DNA of 63,836 nt, the filler included, from Reclinomonas americana ATCC 50394 (taxonomy: Eukaryota): the NCBI GenBank assembly GCA_048213135.1. It is 17 parts of 17 records of this genome, joined end to end, with 100 filler letters (N's around TTAATTAATTAA, not from the genome) between each part and the next. Parts side by side here need not be neighbours in the genome. Positions count along the whole stretch, not along the records: positions 36,492 to 38,265 come from AFZH01018945.1; positions 38,366 to 40,370 come from AFZH01018946.1; positions 40,471 to 43,169 come from AFZH01018947.1; positions 43,270 to 47,172 come from AFZH01018949.1; positions 47,273 to 55,754 come from AFZH01018950.1; 12 more parts are not named here. One strand, written 5' to 3'. This document shows, piece by piece, positions 36,801-51,800 of this stretch (within the stretch, counting starts at the first letter, position 1; each line of letters starts with the position of its first letter). The notes under the pieces were generated by a model. That model was not told the origin of the DNA. It did not search any database and saw only the letters and a program-made list of their open reading frames with translations. A program made the translations under genes and the position numbers.

Positions 36801-39800
36801 TGGCACGTACGTCGCCGGCGACAACGAGATGCTCGACGGTGCCACGTTGACTGCAACAACAACGTGAGCAACGGGTGCACAAGGATAGCGCGCAGCAGCA
36901 CATCGCACCTTCGTTGAGGAAGAAAGTGGTATCTTGTGAGCCGCCGTTGCCGTCACTCACGCGAACAGTGATGACGAGGTTCTGCAAAAATCCACGTGAG
37001 CAAGGGTCACAAGCACTCTTGCAGCCGCGTGAATACACACCATGCCGCTCAGCACCAGCGTCTGTACATGCAGCTCGTTACCAGCAACACCACCAATCTG
37101 CGCATAGCATACAATCAGATCTAGAGTCGTGCGACACCAACACAGCGAATGACAGACGGTGCGTAACATAGAACTTGGAGTCATCGTCATTGCCAATGAG
37201 AGTGTACGACAGATTCTGACAGCAGTTGGCGTCGGTGGCCGACAACACTCCAATCAAAGCATTCTGCAAACTACGCGGAGCATAGAATGTTGTCGACAGC
37301 GCCAGGTTTGCTGGTGGCACGTTGGCTGCAGAACAAACACAATCAGTGGACAGCAGGCGCGTAGAATCACGTGCAATTAACGGTACCTTCGTTGATGCTG
37401 TGCGCGGGGTAAGAGAGAGAGACATGGAGACGCACGTTGAAAACAAAAAAGTTAGATGAAAGAATCAAAATGAGAACCAGCAATCTCCGCGACAGCACAC
37501 TCACGTAAATGTTGTCTGCAGAGTTCCACCACGACCGTCGGATACTTCGATGCGGATACGCAGGTTGTTGCCAGTCTGCCCCGCCAGTGTCAGCGACAGC
37601 GTCGACCCGCTGAGCACAAACAGCGACTCGTTGAAGCCGGCGACGACAGTGTACGTGTAAGAGCCCAGCGTGTTGGCGTCGACGGTGGTGAGCGAACCCA
37701 CCACCACTCCGGCGGTGAGAGTTGGCGGCACATATGTGTTGGAGCTCAACACCAATGCCGATGGCGGCACGTTCACTGTGCGTACGGACGAGTGAGACGA
37801 CATACAACATGCACGGTCGACAGAGATGTGGGACCTTCAGTGATGGTAAACAGCTTGCGGACCCAGGCACCGGCCGCGTCGGTCGACTGCACTTCGACCT
37901 GCAGTGGATCACCACGGGAGTTTGCGGCGCTCAGTCGCAGTTGTGTGCCATTGATGTTGAACATGGCAGAGTGCGGGCCGCCAGAGATTGCTGCATTGAC
38001 ATTGACAAGATCACGATCATGTCAGTCTCAAATCAGAGGCGGCTACCCCCCGCACACTTGCAATCCATGCGCGACGCAACAATAGGTGAAAGTGTCGCCC
38101 GTGTTGGCATCCAACGAGGTGAAGAAGCCCACCACCACATTCGCACTCGAGGTCGGTGGAATGTATGTTGTCCCCCACAAAATAATGTCGCTTGGTGCCA
38201 CGTTGACTGCAGTCGACAAGTCACCCATCAGTCAGTAAGGCATACTTTGCAGTGTACGAGCTCGCNNNNNNNNNNNNNNNNNNNNNNNNNNNNNNNNNNN
38301 NNNNNNNNNTTAATTAATTAANNNNNNNNNNNNNNNNNNNNNNNNNNNNNNNNNNNNNNNNNNNNAACGAGGAGAATCCATCAGAGACACGAATGGTGAC
38401 CAGCAATCCAGTGCCCGACAAGCCACCGGGAACATTGGCAAGCAAGTCGGTGCCGGAGACCGCAAACAGACCCTGGTTTGCGCCTCCAACACTGCATGAT
38501 AGAGGGGATCAGCTGGCAGGCACACGAGAAGGTAAGCAGCAAAGAAAACACCGCTGGTCGTTGCGCAACATGGAATACGTGTGTGACTGACAACAGTTGG
38601 CGTCGATCACAAACAGAGAGCCAATAACTGATCCCTGCGCGGCTGGCGGCACGTACGTGGATGGCGACAGCAGAAGATCACTCGGCGGCACATTAGCTGC
38701 GCAACAAGAAGTGAACCACACGCGCAGCAGATGTGCTAACCCACCGCCGGCCACACAAACCCTCAGTGATGGTCAGTGTCTGGTCGACAGAGCCGCCCGC
38801 GCCGTCGTCGGCGTGCACAATCACAGTGAGAGGCGACGTGTTGAGAGTGGCAGCTGCGACCACCAGCTGGTCTCCCGACACGGAGAACTTGCTGGCATCA
38901 GGTCCACCAACACTGACAAAGAAGACTTTCGGTGAGAACGATATCGCAGATGCCCCAGCTCAACGGTGAACGCACATGGAATGGGTGAACGACTGACAGC
39001 AATTGGCATCCACAGCCGCCAGCGTGCCAACGACCGTACCCAACGGTGACGGCGGTGTGTATGTCATCGACGACAAGGTCACCGCCGTCGGTGCCACATT
39101 GGCCTCGTCCAGCACAAATGTCTGGTCTCGAACACCGCCTGCACCGTCATCAACACGCACAACAATGCTCAGGCTGTTGCCGGTGAGCGGACCACCACTG
39201 CTGTCGACCACCAGTTGGTTCCCGGAGATGCTGAATCGAGACGCAGCAGCGCCACCAACAATCGAGTAGGTCATGCTCTGACAGCAGTTTGCGTCCCTGT
39301 GGTGGCGTGCAGAGTGAGAATCTTACACACCCCAGATAGACCAGTTGCAATCGTGAGTGCAAACGCACGTGGTTGAGAGCGTGGCAACGATGGTGCCAAC
39401 GGGTGCGGGTACCGGCGAGTACGTGGTGGTGGAGAGTGCCAGTGCGGATGGAGGCACATTGGCTAGCGACAGACTCGATGAGCGACACAGACACAAGAAG
39501 GCAGAGAAGCACATGCACGCACCTTCGTTGACGGTAAACGTCTTGTCAACGTGCGCGCCGGACGGGTCACTGACTCGGACGGTGACTTGCAAATTGTTGC
39601 CCTGCTGGCCTGCGTTGCGGAGTACCAACTGCGAGCCGACAATGTCGAAGAGAGCACTATTCGCACCACCGACGATCGACAGTGACAGTGCGTCGTTCGC
39701 ATTGCCATCGACACCAGTGATTGTGCCCACCACCGTATTGGCAGCGGGTGTGGGTGGTGCGTAGGCCGACGAGGATAAAAGTACGTCGGTCGGGGCCACG

Positions 39801-42800
39801 GGTACTGCAAGCGACCGAGAGAGTGAGCAGCGACACTCTCTGCAAACACCAAACATCGTCACTCAAACCGTCGTTGATGGTAAAGAACTTGGCCAGCGTT
39901 TGTCCACTGGCATTGGTTGACAGCACCTGCACTTGCAGACCGGTACCTCGCTGTCCCGCAGCTCGGATTACCAGTTGATCCCCAATGACCGAGAAGACAG
40001 CAGCATCGGTTCCGCCCACCACGGCGTAGGTGTAGGGTGATGAGGCAGATGTGTCGGTTGTGGAGAGCGTGCCAATCACTGTATTCGCGGTCGAGGTCGG
40101 TGGCGTGTAGGTGGTCGAGGATAGAGCCATGTCCACGGGGCCAACTGCGGAGTGTGAGAAATCAGCAAAGAAAAACCTCAAACCATGGAGAAAGACAACG
40201 CACTTGATGTGACAATGAATGTGGCCTGTGACGATCCACCGGCACCGTCGCTTACCGTCACGACGACTTGCAGACTCGAGCCGACCAGACCCGCGACACT
40301 GGAGCGCAGAGTGGTTCCATTGACCTCAAACGACGCCTGATCGGCACCGCCAGTGATGGAGAACGACAGGNNNNNNNNNNNNNNNNNNNNNNNNNNNNNN
40401 NNNNNNNNNNNNNNTTAATTAATTAANNNNNNNNNNNNNNNNNNNNNNNNNNNNNNNNNNNNNNNNNNNNATGTACTCGTTGGTCGAGAGGGTGGGAGCA
40501 GTTGGAGGCACATTGGCTGCGATTCACGTGAGTATGGCAAACATCATACGCACGATGGCAATGCGAATCACCTTCGTTGATGAGGAAAGTGCTCGAGTTG
40601 CTGCCTCCTGCGCCGTCGGAGACAGTGACCGTGACTTGCAGGCCGCTGCCGGTGAGGCCCGCGACAGCAGAGACAAGATCGGTGCCGACCAGAGAGAAGG
40701 AGGCCTGCGCGCTACCGCCGGTGATGGTGAACGACAGCGTCTGCCCAGTGTTCACATCGGTGGCGGCGAGTGTGCCAATGGCGGCTCCTAGGGCCAACGG
40801 GGGAACGTACGTGCTGGTGGACAGCACTGGCGCAGTCGGTATCACATTGCCTGTGGACAAAGAAGTACAAATGAGAACCTGCAAGCCACGAAACATTGAA
40901 TGCAGTTCTCGCAACTCTCGTTGATGATGAATGTAGATGAGCGCGAGCCACCGGCGCCGTCTGACACAGTGACCTCCACTTGAAGACCATTGCCGCTGAG
41001 TCCGTTGACATTGGAGAGCAGGCTGTTGCCAACAACGTAAAAGTCGGACTGATCTGTGCCACCGGTGACTGCGTAAACAAGTGTCTGTGCAGAATTCGCA
41101 TCAGTGGCAGCCAGTGTGCCGATTGTGCCGCCCAAGGCCAGAGGTGGTGCATACAGAGTGGTCGAGAGTGTTGGTGCACTTGGGGGCACATTGCCTGCAA
41201 TTAAGGGACAAGCATTCAGCGACAGTGACTTCGCTTCTTGCCACAGACTTCCATTACGCAACTCTCGCTGATCGAGAACGTTGTACTGTTGATTCCTCCG
41301 GCGCCATCACTGACTTGCACCATCACCTGCAGACTGTTTCCTGTCAAGCCGGCAACATTCGACAGCAGACTTGTGCCGCTGATGCTGAACGACGCCTGAT
41401 TGCCGCCGCCGATGATAGAATACGAGAGCGTCTGCCCCGTATTCGGATCGGACGACGAGAGGGTGCCAATGACACCGTTGAGTGCGAGAGGTGGCGTGTA
41501 CGCCGAGGGTGACAGGGATGGAGCAGATGGTGGCACATTGACTGTGTACAGCAGCACCTCATTAGTACCAGCGTTAATGCATTCTGGAAACACGAAACCG
41601 TACCTTCAGTGATGGTAAATGTGCTGCTGGCGGTGCCACCTGCACCATCACTGACGGTCACCACCACTTGCAAATTGATTCCACTCAGTCCCGCCACATT
41701 GGAGCGCAAGTCGGAGGCGACAATGACAAACGAGCTTGCGTTGACGCCTCCGGTAATGGTGAACGTCAACGCTTGGCCCGTATTGGGGTCTGTGGAGGAC
41801 AGGGCGCCGATGACGCCGTTGAGCGGAAGCGGCGGTGTGAAAGAGAGCGCAGACAGCACCGGCGCAGTGGGATTCACGTTGGCTGTGCGGTCGCGACAGA
41901 CAAACAAATCAGCAAACAAAAAACAGGACGTGCAGTCAGAGAGCAGGGTGCATCAGACCTTCGCCAATGACGAATGTGCTGACGTTGGTACCGCCAGCGC
42001 CATCCGACACAGTGACCACCACCGACAGATTGTTGCCGGTAAGCCCGGCAACACTGCTTCGGAGGCTGGAACCACTGAGGTTGAACAGTACCTGATGCGC
42101 ACCACCGGTGATCGTAAACGTCAGCGACTGCCCGCTGTTGACGTCGGTGGATGACAGGATGCCAATGACTCCATTCGCGGCCAGTGGGGGAATGTACGAC
42201 GAGGACGAGAGGATGGGTGCGGTGGGTGGCACGTTGACTGTGTGCGGGAGAAGAATGAGCAACAGCATGCACGACTTGTGCAAGACACGAGAGCCGCGGC
42301 GTGCCACCAACCTTCGCTGATCAAGAATCTGGCATTTGTCAGTCCGCCGAATCCATCGCTGACTTCGACAATAACCTCCAAGTTGTTGCCGACGAGACCA
42401 GCCACATTTGATCGCAAGTCTGAGCCACTGATGTTGAAGAGCGCCGAGTCGGCTCCTCCCAGAATGCTGAATGTCAGCGTCTGGCCGACGTTCGGGTCGG
42501 TGGCCGACAACGCGCCAATCACGCCGTTGAGTGCCAGAGGTGCAACGTAAAGCACGGTCGACAAAGTGGGCACAGACGGCGGCAAGTTCGCTGTGTTTCA
42601 AGGAACAAAGTCAGGCAGGCGCAACAACCAGGGGATTCAAAATAGAGTGGCAAGAAACGCAACAGCTGCCGATTGTAAATGTTGTGGTGTTTGTGCCACC
42701 AGCACCGTCGCTAACTTGCACAATGACCACCAAGTTGGAGCCGGAGAGGCCGGCAACGTTGGAGCGAAGATTGGACCCGCTGATGTTGAACGAGGCTTGA

Positions 42801-45800
42801 TCCGCACCACCCACAATGCTGAACGCCAAAACCTGCCCGGTGTTTGGGTCTGTCGAGGACAGGACGCCAATAACACCGTTGAGGGCCAGCGGTGGGTTGT
42901 ACGCAGTCGACGAAATCGTCGGAGCAGACGGAGGCACATTGGCTGCGCACCACAGACACTAAGTCAGCTATGCGACTTTTAACAGATAAGGAGCGATGCA
43001 AACCTTCGCTGATGGTGAACGTGGACGCGTTGGTGCCGCCTGCTCCATCGCTCACTTGCACAATCACTTGCAGTGCGTTGCCACTCAAACCAGCCACATT
43101 GGATCGCAAGTCGGTGCCGCTGATGTTGAACGATGCCTGATTGGTACCACCAACAATCGTGTACGTCAGNNNNNNNNNNNNNNNNNNNNNNNNNNNNNNN
43201 NNNNNNNNNNNNNTTAATTAATTAANNNNNNNNNNNNNNNNNNNNNNNNNNNNNNNNNNNNNNNNNNNNAACGTGCCAACATCGTCACCCACAACAAGTG
43301 GCGGAATGTATGTCGTTGATGACAGGGTCGGTGCAGTTGGCGTGACATTGACTGCATGCGATGCAACAGAGTGAGGGCGAGGACGGGGCCCAGTAGACTG
43401 CTTGCATAACATAGGATGCAAACCTTCGCTGATGGTGAACATGGACGTGTTGGTGCCACCAGCTCCATCGCTCACTTGCACAATCACTTGCAGTGCGTTG
43501 CCACTCAAACCAGCCACATTGGACCGCAAGTCGGTGCCGCTAATGTTGAAAGATGCCTGATTCGTGCCACCGACAATCGTGTACGTCAGTGTCTGGCCAG
43601 TGTTGGGATCAGTGGACGACAGTGTGCCGACAACGCCATTCATGGCCAGTGGCGGACTGTACGTCGAGGTGGACAGAGTCGGCGGCGTTGGCACAACATT
43701 GGCTATCACAAAGGCAGCATAGTGTGCAAGTGAGCGGGTGCAAAAGGGAAGAAGATAAAGGACAAGCCACCACACGGACCTTCGCTGATGGTGAACGTGG
43801 ATGTGTTGGTGCCACCTGCTCCATCGCTCACTTGCACAATCACTTGCAGGCTGTTGCCGGTGAGACCAGCAACATTTGACCGCAAGCTGCTGCCGCTGAT
43901 GTTGAACGATCCCATGCTGGTGCCGCCCGTGATGGTGTACGTCAGGGTCTGACCCGTGTTGGCGTCTGTCGAGGCGAGAGTGCCAATCACGCCATTTGTG
44001 GCAAGTGGCGGGGTGTAAGTGCTGCCTGACAGTGTGGGCGCCGTCGGATTCACATTAGCTACGCAAGAGACAAGAACGATGGGTCAGCGAGGACAAGAGA
44101 GACGAGCGCAGTGCGCGTCGCTCCAACCTTCGTTGATGAGGAACGTCGCTGTGTTGGTGCCGCCTACTCCATCGTCGACTGTGACGATCACTTGAAGGCT
44201 GTTGCCCGTCAGATTCGACACTGCTGTCACGAGGCTGTTCCCACCACTGACTGAAAACAGAGACTGATTGGTGCCGCCAGAGACATAGTAAGTCAACGAC
44301 TGCCCCGAGTTTGGGTCTGTCGACGACAGCATGCCAATGACGCCGCCGAGTGCCAGTGGCGGCACATATGTCGACGACGACAGCGTTGGTGCGGTTGGTG
44401 TCACGTTGACTGCAGCCACGGTGGTGAACAACAACGCGGATAAACAAATAAGGAACAGGATCGACTGACGCAACGCTCATCAATGTCGAATACGAAAGAG
44501 TTCGTGCCACCAGCACCGGCCGTGACAGTGATCTCAACATGCAAGTTGTTCCCGACAAGACCTGCGACGTTGGAACGCAGGTCCGTGCCACTAATGTTGA
44601 AGGATGCTTGGTCGGCGCCACCAGTGATCGAGAATGTGAGCGTGTCACCAGCCACGGCAGGTGTTGCGGAGAGAGTGCCAATCACGCCATTCAGAGCACG
44701 CGGCGGCGTGTACAGCGTTGTCGACAAGACGGGGACCGTCGGACTCATGTTGGCTGCAGGAGGAGAGTCAGCGCACCAAGGGCGATCTCTTCAAAAATCA
44801 TCTGCATCACACGAACCTTCCGAAATGTTGAACGTGGACAAGCGAGTTCCACCAGCTCCGTCGCTGACAGTGATAATCACTTGCAGTCCGTTGCCGGTGA
44901 GGCCAGACACACTGGAGCGCAGGCTCGTGCCGCTGATGTTGAATGATGCCGAGTTGGTGCCGCCGGTGATGGAGAAGGTCAGTGTCTGACCGGTGTTGAC
45001 ATCGGTCGACGCCAGAGTGCCGATCACGCCGTTCAGCGCGAGCGGCGCCACGTACAAATTGGTGGAGAGTGTCGGCGCAGTGGGTGCCACATTGGCTGTG
45101 CTCATAGACATGTGTGATGAAGTGGATTAACAGTGAATGAGCGCATCGCCTTACCTTCAGATATGTTGAACGTTGTCGTGTTCACACCGCCGACACCGTC
45201 GCTCACTTGCACAATCACTTGCAGGCTGTTGCCAGTGAGGCCTGCCACATTGGATCGCAGGTTGGTGCCGCTGATGTTGAACGAGGAAGAGTTGGTGCCA
45301 CCAACAATGGAAAATACGAGTGTCTGGCCCGTGTTCAGGTCTGTCGACGACATGGTGCCAATCACACCATTCAACGCGAGTGGTGGGGTGTACGTGGTTG
45401 ATGACAGAGCCGGAGCAGTGGGGACCACGTTGGCTGTGCAGAGCGGCGTCAGCGACTGAGACAGATAAGCACAGTATGAAGCACTCGAAGGCATGCTCAC
45501 CTTCGCTGATGGTGAACGTCGTGCTCGCCGTGCCACCTGCTCCATCACTCACTTGCACGATGACTTGAAGGTTATTACCCGTCAACCCAGCCACATTCGA
45601 TCGCAAACTCGTGCCACTGATGTTGAACGATGCTAGATTCGTGCCGCCCGTGATCGTGTAAGTCAGCGTCTGGCCAGTGTTGGGGTCCGTGGACGACAGC
45701 GTTCCAATTGTTCCATTGAGAACGCGCGGCGGAGTGTATGTCGACGATGAGAGCGTTGGTGCAGTCGGTGCAACATTAGCTGCGAACTGGTGAGGACGAA

Positions 45801-48800
45801 ACCAATACTCGCTGCATAAAATGGCTCAAGGGGTAGTGCGTACACGCACCTTCGTTGATGGTGAAGGTCGAGCTCGCGGTCAAAGTTCCATCGCTCACTT
45901 GCACAATTACTTGCAGGCCGTTGCCAGTGAGGCCAGCAATGCTGGATCGCAGACTGGTGCCGCTGATGTTGAATGACGCTTGATTCGCGCCACCGGTGAT
46001 CGTGTACGTCAGTGTCTGACCAGTGTTGGGGTCCGTCGACGCAAGGGTGCCGATCACTCCATTCGAGGCAAGCGGCGGAGTGTACGTCGATGAAGACAGG
46101 GTCGGTGCAGTCGGATTCACGTTCGCTGCCATGGTCACGACGAATGAGTCAGAGACCAAACACATAACATCACTCACAAATTCTCGCGCACACCTTCGTT
46201 GATGGTGAAGGTTGTCGACGCCGTCAGCGTTCCATCACTGACGCGCACAATCACTTGCAACCCGTTGCCCGTGAGGCCGGCCACACTCGATCGCAGACTG
46301 GTGCCACTGATGTTGAAGGAGGCTTGATTCGTGCCACCGGTGATGGTATAGGTGAGAGTCTGACCAGTATTGACATCGGTTGCCGACAGCGTGCCGATCA
46401 CTCCGTTCGAGGCAAGTGGTGGAGTATACGTCAACGAAGATAACGTTGGTGCCGTCGGCGCAACATTGACTGTAACAAAAAAACAAAATTAATCACGACA
46501 CACATACTACTCGGTGGTTGAAAGCTTGTGGAGCACAACGCACCTTCGCTGATGGTGAACGTGGCGCTTGCCGTTCCGCCCGCTCCATCACTCACTTGCA
46601 CAATCACTTGCAGATTGTTCCCCGTGAGGCCAGCCACATTCGAGCGCAGAGTCGTACCACTAATATTGAACGAAGCCGAGTTGGTGCCACCGGCGATGGT
46701 GTACGTCAGTGTTTGACCCGTGTTTGCGTCGGTCGACGCCAGAGTGCCGATTACTCCATTGGAGGCAAGTGGCGGTGTGAACGTTGATGAAGACAAGGTC
46801 GGCGCAGTGGGGTTAACATTGGCTGCGATACTTGATGAGTATGCAAAACCCAATCAATCCGAGTAGAAGGGAAGTACCTTCGCTGATCGTGAATGTCGTG
46901 CTTGCTGTGCCGCCTGCTCCATCGCTCACTTGCACAATCACTTGTAGATTGTTACCAGTGAGGCCAGCAATGCTGGATCGCAAGCTGGTGCCACTGATGT
47001 TGAATGAAGCGGAGTTGGTGCCACCCGTGATCGTAAACGTCAGCGTTTGCCCTGTGTTCACATCTGTTGACGCCAGAGTGCCGATCACTCCATTCAAAGC
47101 CAAAGGCGGAGTGTACGTTGACGAAGACAGGGTCGGTGCAGTCGGATTCACATTCGCTGCAACGGATACAAANNNNNNNNNNNNNNNNNNNNNNNNNNNN
47201 NNNNNNNNNNNNNNNNTTAATTAATTAANNNNNNNNNNNNNNNNNNNNNNNNNNNNNNNNNNNNNNNNNNNNATCGCTCACTTGCACAATCACTTGCAGA
47301 TTGTTGCCAGTGAGGCCAGCAATGTTGGATCGCAGACTAGTGCCACTGATGTTGAATGAAGCCTGATTCGTGCCGCCGGTGATCGTATACGTGAACGTCT
47401 GACCAGTGTTGACATCAGTCGACGCCAGAGTGCCGATAACTCCATTCAAAGCCAAAGGCGGCGTGTACGTTGACGAAGACAAGGTTGGTGCAGTTGGATT
47501 CACGTTCGCTGCAACGGATACAAAGAGTAAGCAAACCACAATGAACTCGTTCCCAAATCAATCAACCACTAACAGACCCTCATTGATCGTGAATGTCGTA
47601 CTTGCCGTTCCGCCTGCTCCATCACTCACTTGAACAATCACTTGCAGATTGTTCCCCGTGAGGCCAGCCACATTCGAGCGCAAACTCGTGCCGCTGATGT
47701 TGAATGAAGCCGAGTTGGTGCCACCCGTGATCGTGTACGTCAGAGTCTGACCAGTGTTGACATCAGTCGACGCCAGAGTGCCGATCACTCCATTCAAAGC
47801 CAAAGGCGGCGTGTACGTTGATGAAGACAGGGTCGGTGCAGTCGGATTCACGTTTGCTGACATGGTCACGACGAATGAGTCACAGAGCAAACACAGAACA
47901 TCATTACTCACGGGGTCTCGCGCACACCTTCGTTGATGGTGAAGGTTGTCGATGCCGTCAGCGTTCCGTCACTGACGCGTACAATCACTTGCAAGTTGTT
48001 GCCAGTGAGACCAGCCACATTCGATCGCAGACTGGATCCACTGATGTTGAAAGAGGCTTGATTCGTGCCGCCCGTGATCGTGTACGTCAGCGTCTGACCG
48101 GTGTTGGGGTCGGACGAAGCCAGTGTGCCAATCACTCCATTCAGAGCCAAAGGCGGAGTGTATGTGGATGGTGAGAGTGTTGGTGCCGTCGGCGCAACAT
48201 TGACTGTAACACAAAACAAAATTAATCACGACACACATACTACTCTACCGTTGAAAGCTTGTGGAGCACAACGCACCTTCGCTGATGGTGAATGTGGCAC
48301 TCGCTGTGCCACCTGCTCCATCACTCACTTGCACAATCACTTGCAGATTGTTGCCAGTGAGACCAGCCACATTCGAGCGCAAGCTGGTGCCACTAATGTT
48401 GAAGGAGGCTTGATTGGTGCCACCGGTGATCGTGTACGTCAGGGTCTGACCCGTGTTTGCGTCCGTGGATGCCAGAGTGCCGATTGCGCCATTCAGCGCG
48501 AGCGGAGGCGTGTATGTCGATGACGACAAGGTCGGCGCAGTAGGGTTAACATTGACTGTAACGGCATTGTCATGAGGATGCAACCACATGAATACAACAT
48601 CAAGCCAACATGCCTTCGTTGATTGTGAATGTGGCACTTGCTGTTCCACCAGCTCCGTCGCTCACTTGCACAATCACTTGCAGATTGTTGCCAGTGAGGC
48701 CAGCAATGCTGGATCGCAAACTGGTGCCACTGATGTTGAACGAAGCCGAGTTGGTGCCGCCCGTAATCGTATACGTCAGCGTCTGCCCCGTGTTGACATC

Positions 48801-51800
48801 TGTTGACGCCAGAGTACCGATCACTCCATTCGAGGCAAGAGGAGGAGTGTATGTCGATGACGACAGAGTCGGTGCAGTCGGATTCACGTTCGCTGCAACA
48901 AAAAACGAAGGGTGAGTAAAAAACGACGGACTCGTCCCCAAATCAATCAACCAATTACAGACCCTCATTGATCGTGAATGTCGCGCTTGCCGTTCCGCCT
49001 GCTCCATCGCTCACTTGCACAATCACTTGCAAGTTGTTGCCGGTGAGGCCAGCAATGCTGGATCGCAAGCTGGTGCCGCTGATGTTGAATGCCGCTTGAT
49101 TCGTGCCACCGGTGATCGTGTACGTCAGTGTCTGACCCGTGTTCACATCTGTTGACGCCAGAGTGCCGATTACTCCATTCGAGGCAAGCGGCGGAGTGTA
49201 TGTCGACGAAGACAGGGTCGGCGCAGTCGGATTCACATTCGCTGACATGGTCACGACGAAAGAGTCACACACCAAACACAGAACATCATCACTCACGGGG
49301 TCTCGCGCACACCTTCGTTGATGGTGAAGGTTGTCGACGCCGTCAGCGTTCCGTCACTGACGCGTACAATCACTTGCAACACGTTGCCCGTGAGGCCGGC
49401 CACATTCGATCGCAAGCTGGTTCCACTGATGTTGAAGGAGGCTTGATTCGTGCCGCCCGTGATTGTATACGTGAGAGTCTGACCAGTGTTGGCGTCTGTT
49501 GACGCGAGAGTGCCAATCACGCCATTCAGAGCCAAAGGCGGAGTGTATGTGGATGGTGAGAGTGTTGGTGCCGTCGGAGCAACATTGACTGCAACACAAC
49601 ACAAACGATGAATCAGGACAGCTGTGGTTACGAAGCCTGACGGTGATAAAAATACATCGCACCTTCGCTGACGGTGAATGTGGCGCTTGCCGTACCACCT
49701 GCTCCGTCACTCACTTGCACAATCACTTGCAGATTGTTGCCGGTGAGGCCAGCCACATTCGATCGCAGACTCGTACCACTAATGTTGAACGAAGCCGAGT
49801 TGGTGCCACCGGTGATCGTGTACGTCAGGGTCTGACCCGTGTTTGCGTCCGTGGATGCCAGAGTGCCGATTGCGCCATTCAGCGCGAGCGGAGGCGTGTA
49901 CGTCGACGACGACAAGGTCGGCGCAGTAGGGTTAACATTGACTGTAACAACTACGTTATCAGGAGGCGACGACATGAATACAACATCAAGCCAACATGCC
50001 TTCGTTGATCGTGAAAGTGGCACTTGCTGTTCCACCAGCCCCATCGCTCACTTGCACAATCACTTGCAGATTGTTACCCGTGAAGCTGAGAAGGTTTGAC
50101 CTCAAACTCGTGCCACTGATGTTGAACGAAGCCGAGTTGGTACCACCGGTGATGGTGTACGTCAGTGTCTGACCTGTGTTGACATCTGTTGACGCCAGAG
50201 TGCCAATCACATTGTTCATGGAAAGCGGCGGAGTGTATGTCGTCGGTGATAACGTCGGCGTGGTCGGATTCACGTTGGCTGATTTGAGAACAAGAAGCAT
50301 AGTGAGAATACGTCACATGACGACAAATCAAAACATGTTCAAACATCACCTTCGTTGATGGTAAATGTTGTGGTCGCCGTCAGCGTTCCGTCGCTGACTC
50401 GAACGATTACTTGCAACCCGTTGCCCGACAGGCTAGCGACATTTGATCGCAAGCTTGTGCCGTTGATGTTAAATGACGCTTGATTCGTGCCGCCCGTGAT
50501 TGTGTACGTCAGCGTCTGACCGGTGTTGGGGTCGGTCGAAGCCAGAGTGCCGATTACGCCATTCAGGGCCAAAGGCGGAGAGTATGTTGACGGCAACAGG
50601 GTTGGTGCGGTGGGCGCAACGTTGACTGGAACATAAAACAGAATTAACCACGACGTACATATTACTCGGTCGTTGAAAGCTTGTGGAGCACAACGAACCT
50701 TCGCTTATGGTGAACGTGGCGCTTGCCGTTCCGCCCGCTCCATCGCTCACTTGCACGATGACTTGCAGATTGTTCCCCGTGAGACCAGCCACATTCGATC
50801 GCAAGCTGGTACCACTGATGTTGAACGATGCCTGATTCGTACCACCCGTGATGGTGTAGGTGAGAGTTTGGCCAGTGTTGGCGTCTGTCGACGCGAGAGT
50901 GCCAATCACTCCGTTCGAGACAAGTGGCGGAGTGTACGTCGACGACGAAAGGGTTGGTGCAGTCGGATTCACATTGACTGTGATAGACGATGAGAAAAAC
51001 CACATCACCACGAATACGAAAAAAACAAGTACCTTCGCTGATGGTGAATGTCGTGCTAGCTGTGCCGCCCGCTCCATCACTCACTTGCACAATCACTTGC
51101 AGATTGTTACCCGTGAGGCCAGCCACATTCGAGCGCAAACTGGTGCCATTGATGTTGAATGATGCTTGATTCGTGCCACCCGTGATGGTGTACGTCAGGG
51201 TCTGACCCGTGTTGACATCTGTCGACGCAAGCGTGCCGATCACGCCATTCAGCGCGAGTGGAGGCGTGAATGTCGATGAAGACAGGGTCGGCGCAGTCGG
51301 ATTCAGGTTCGCTGCCATGGCCACGACAAATGAGTCAGAGAGCAAACACATAACATTACTCACAAATTCTCGAGCACACCTTCGTTGATGGTGAAGGTTG
51401 TCGTTGCCGTCAGCGTTCCATCACTCACGCGCACAGTCACCTGCAGGCTATTGCCAGAAAGACCGGCCACATTCGATCGCAGGCTGGTACCGCTGATGTT
51501 GAAGGAGGCTTGATTCGTGCCGCCCGTGATCGTGTACGTCAGCGTCTGACCTGTGTTGGGGTCGGTCGAAGCCAGTGTGCCAATCACGCCATTCAGCGCG
51601 AGTGGTGGCGTGTATGTGGAAGGTGAGAGTGTTGGTGCCGTCGGTGCAACATTGACTGTGTATCACAAACAAGATGAATCACGGCGCATGCTACTCTGTC
51701 GTTGAAAGTTCTAAAGCACACGCACCTTCGCTGATGGTGAATGTGGCACTCGCTGTGCCACCTGCTCCGTCACTCACTTGCACGATGACTTGCAGATTGT

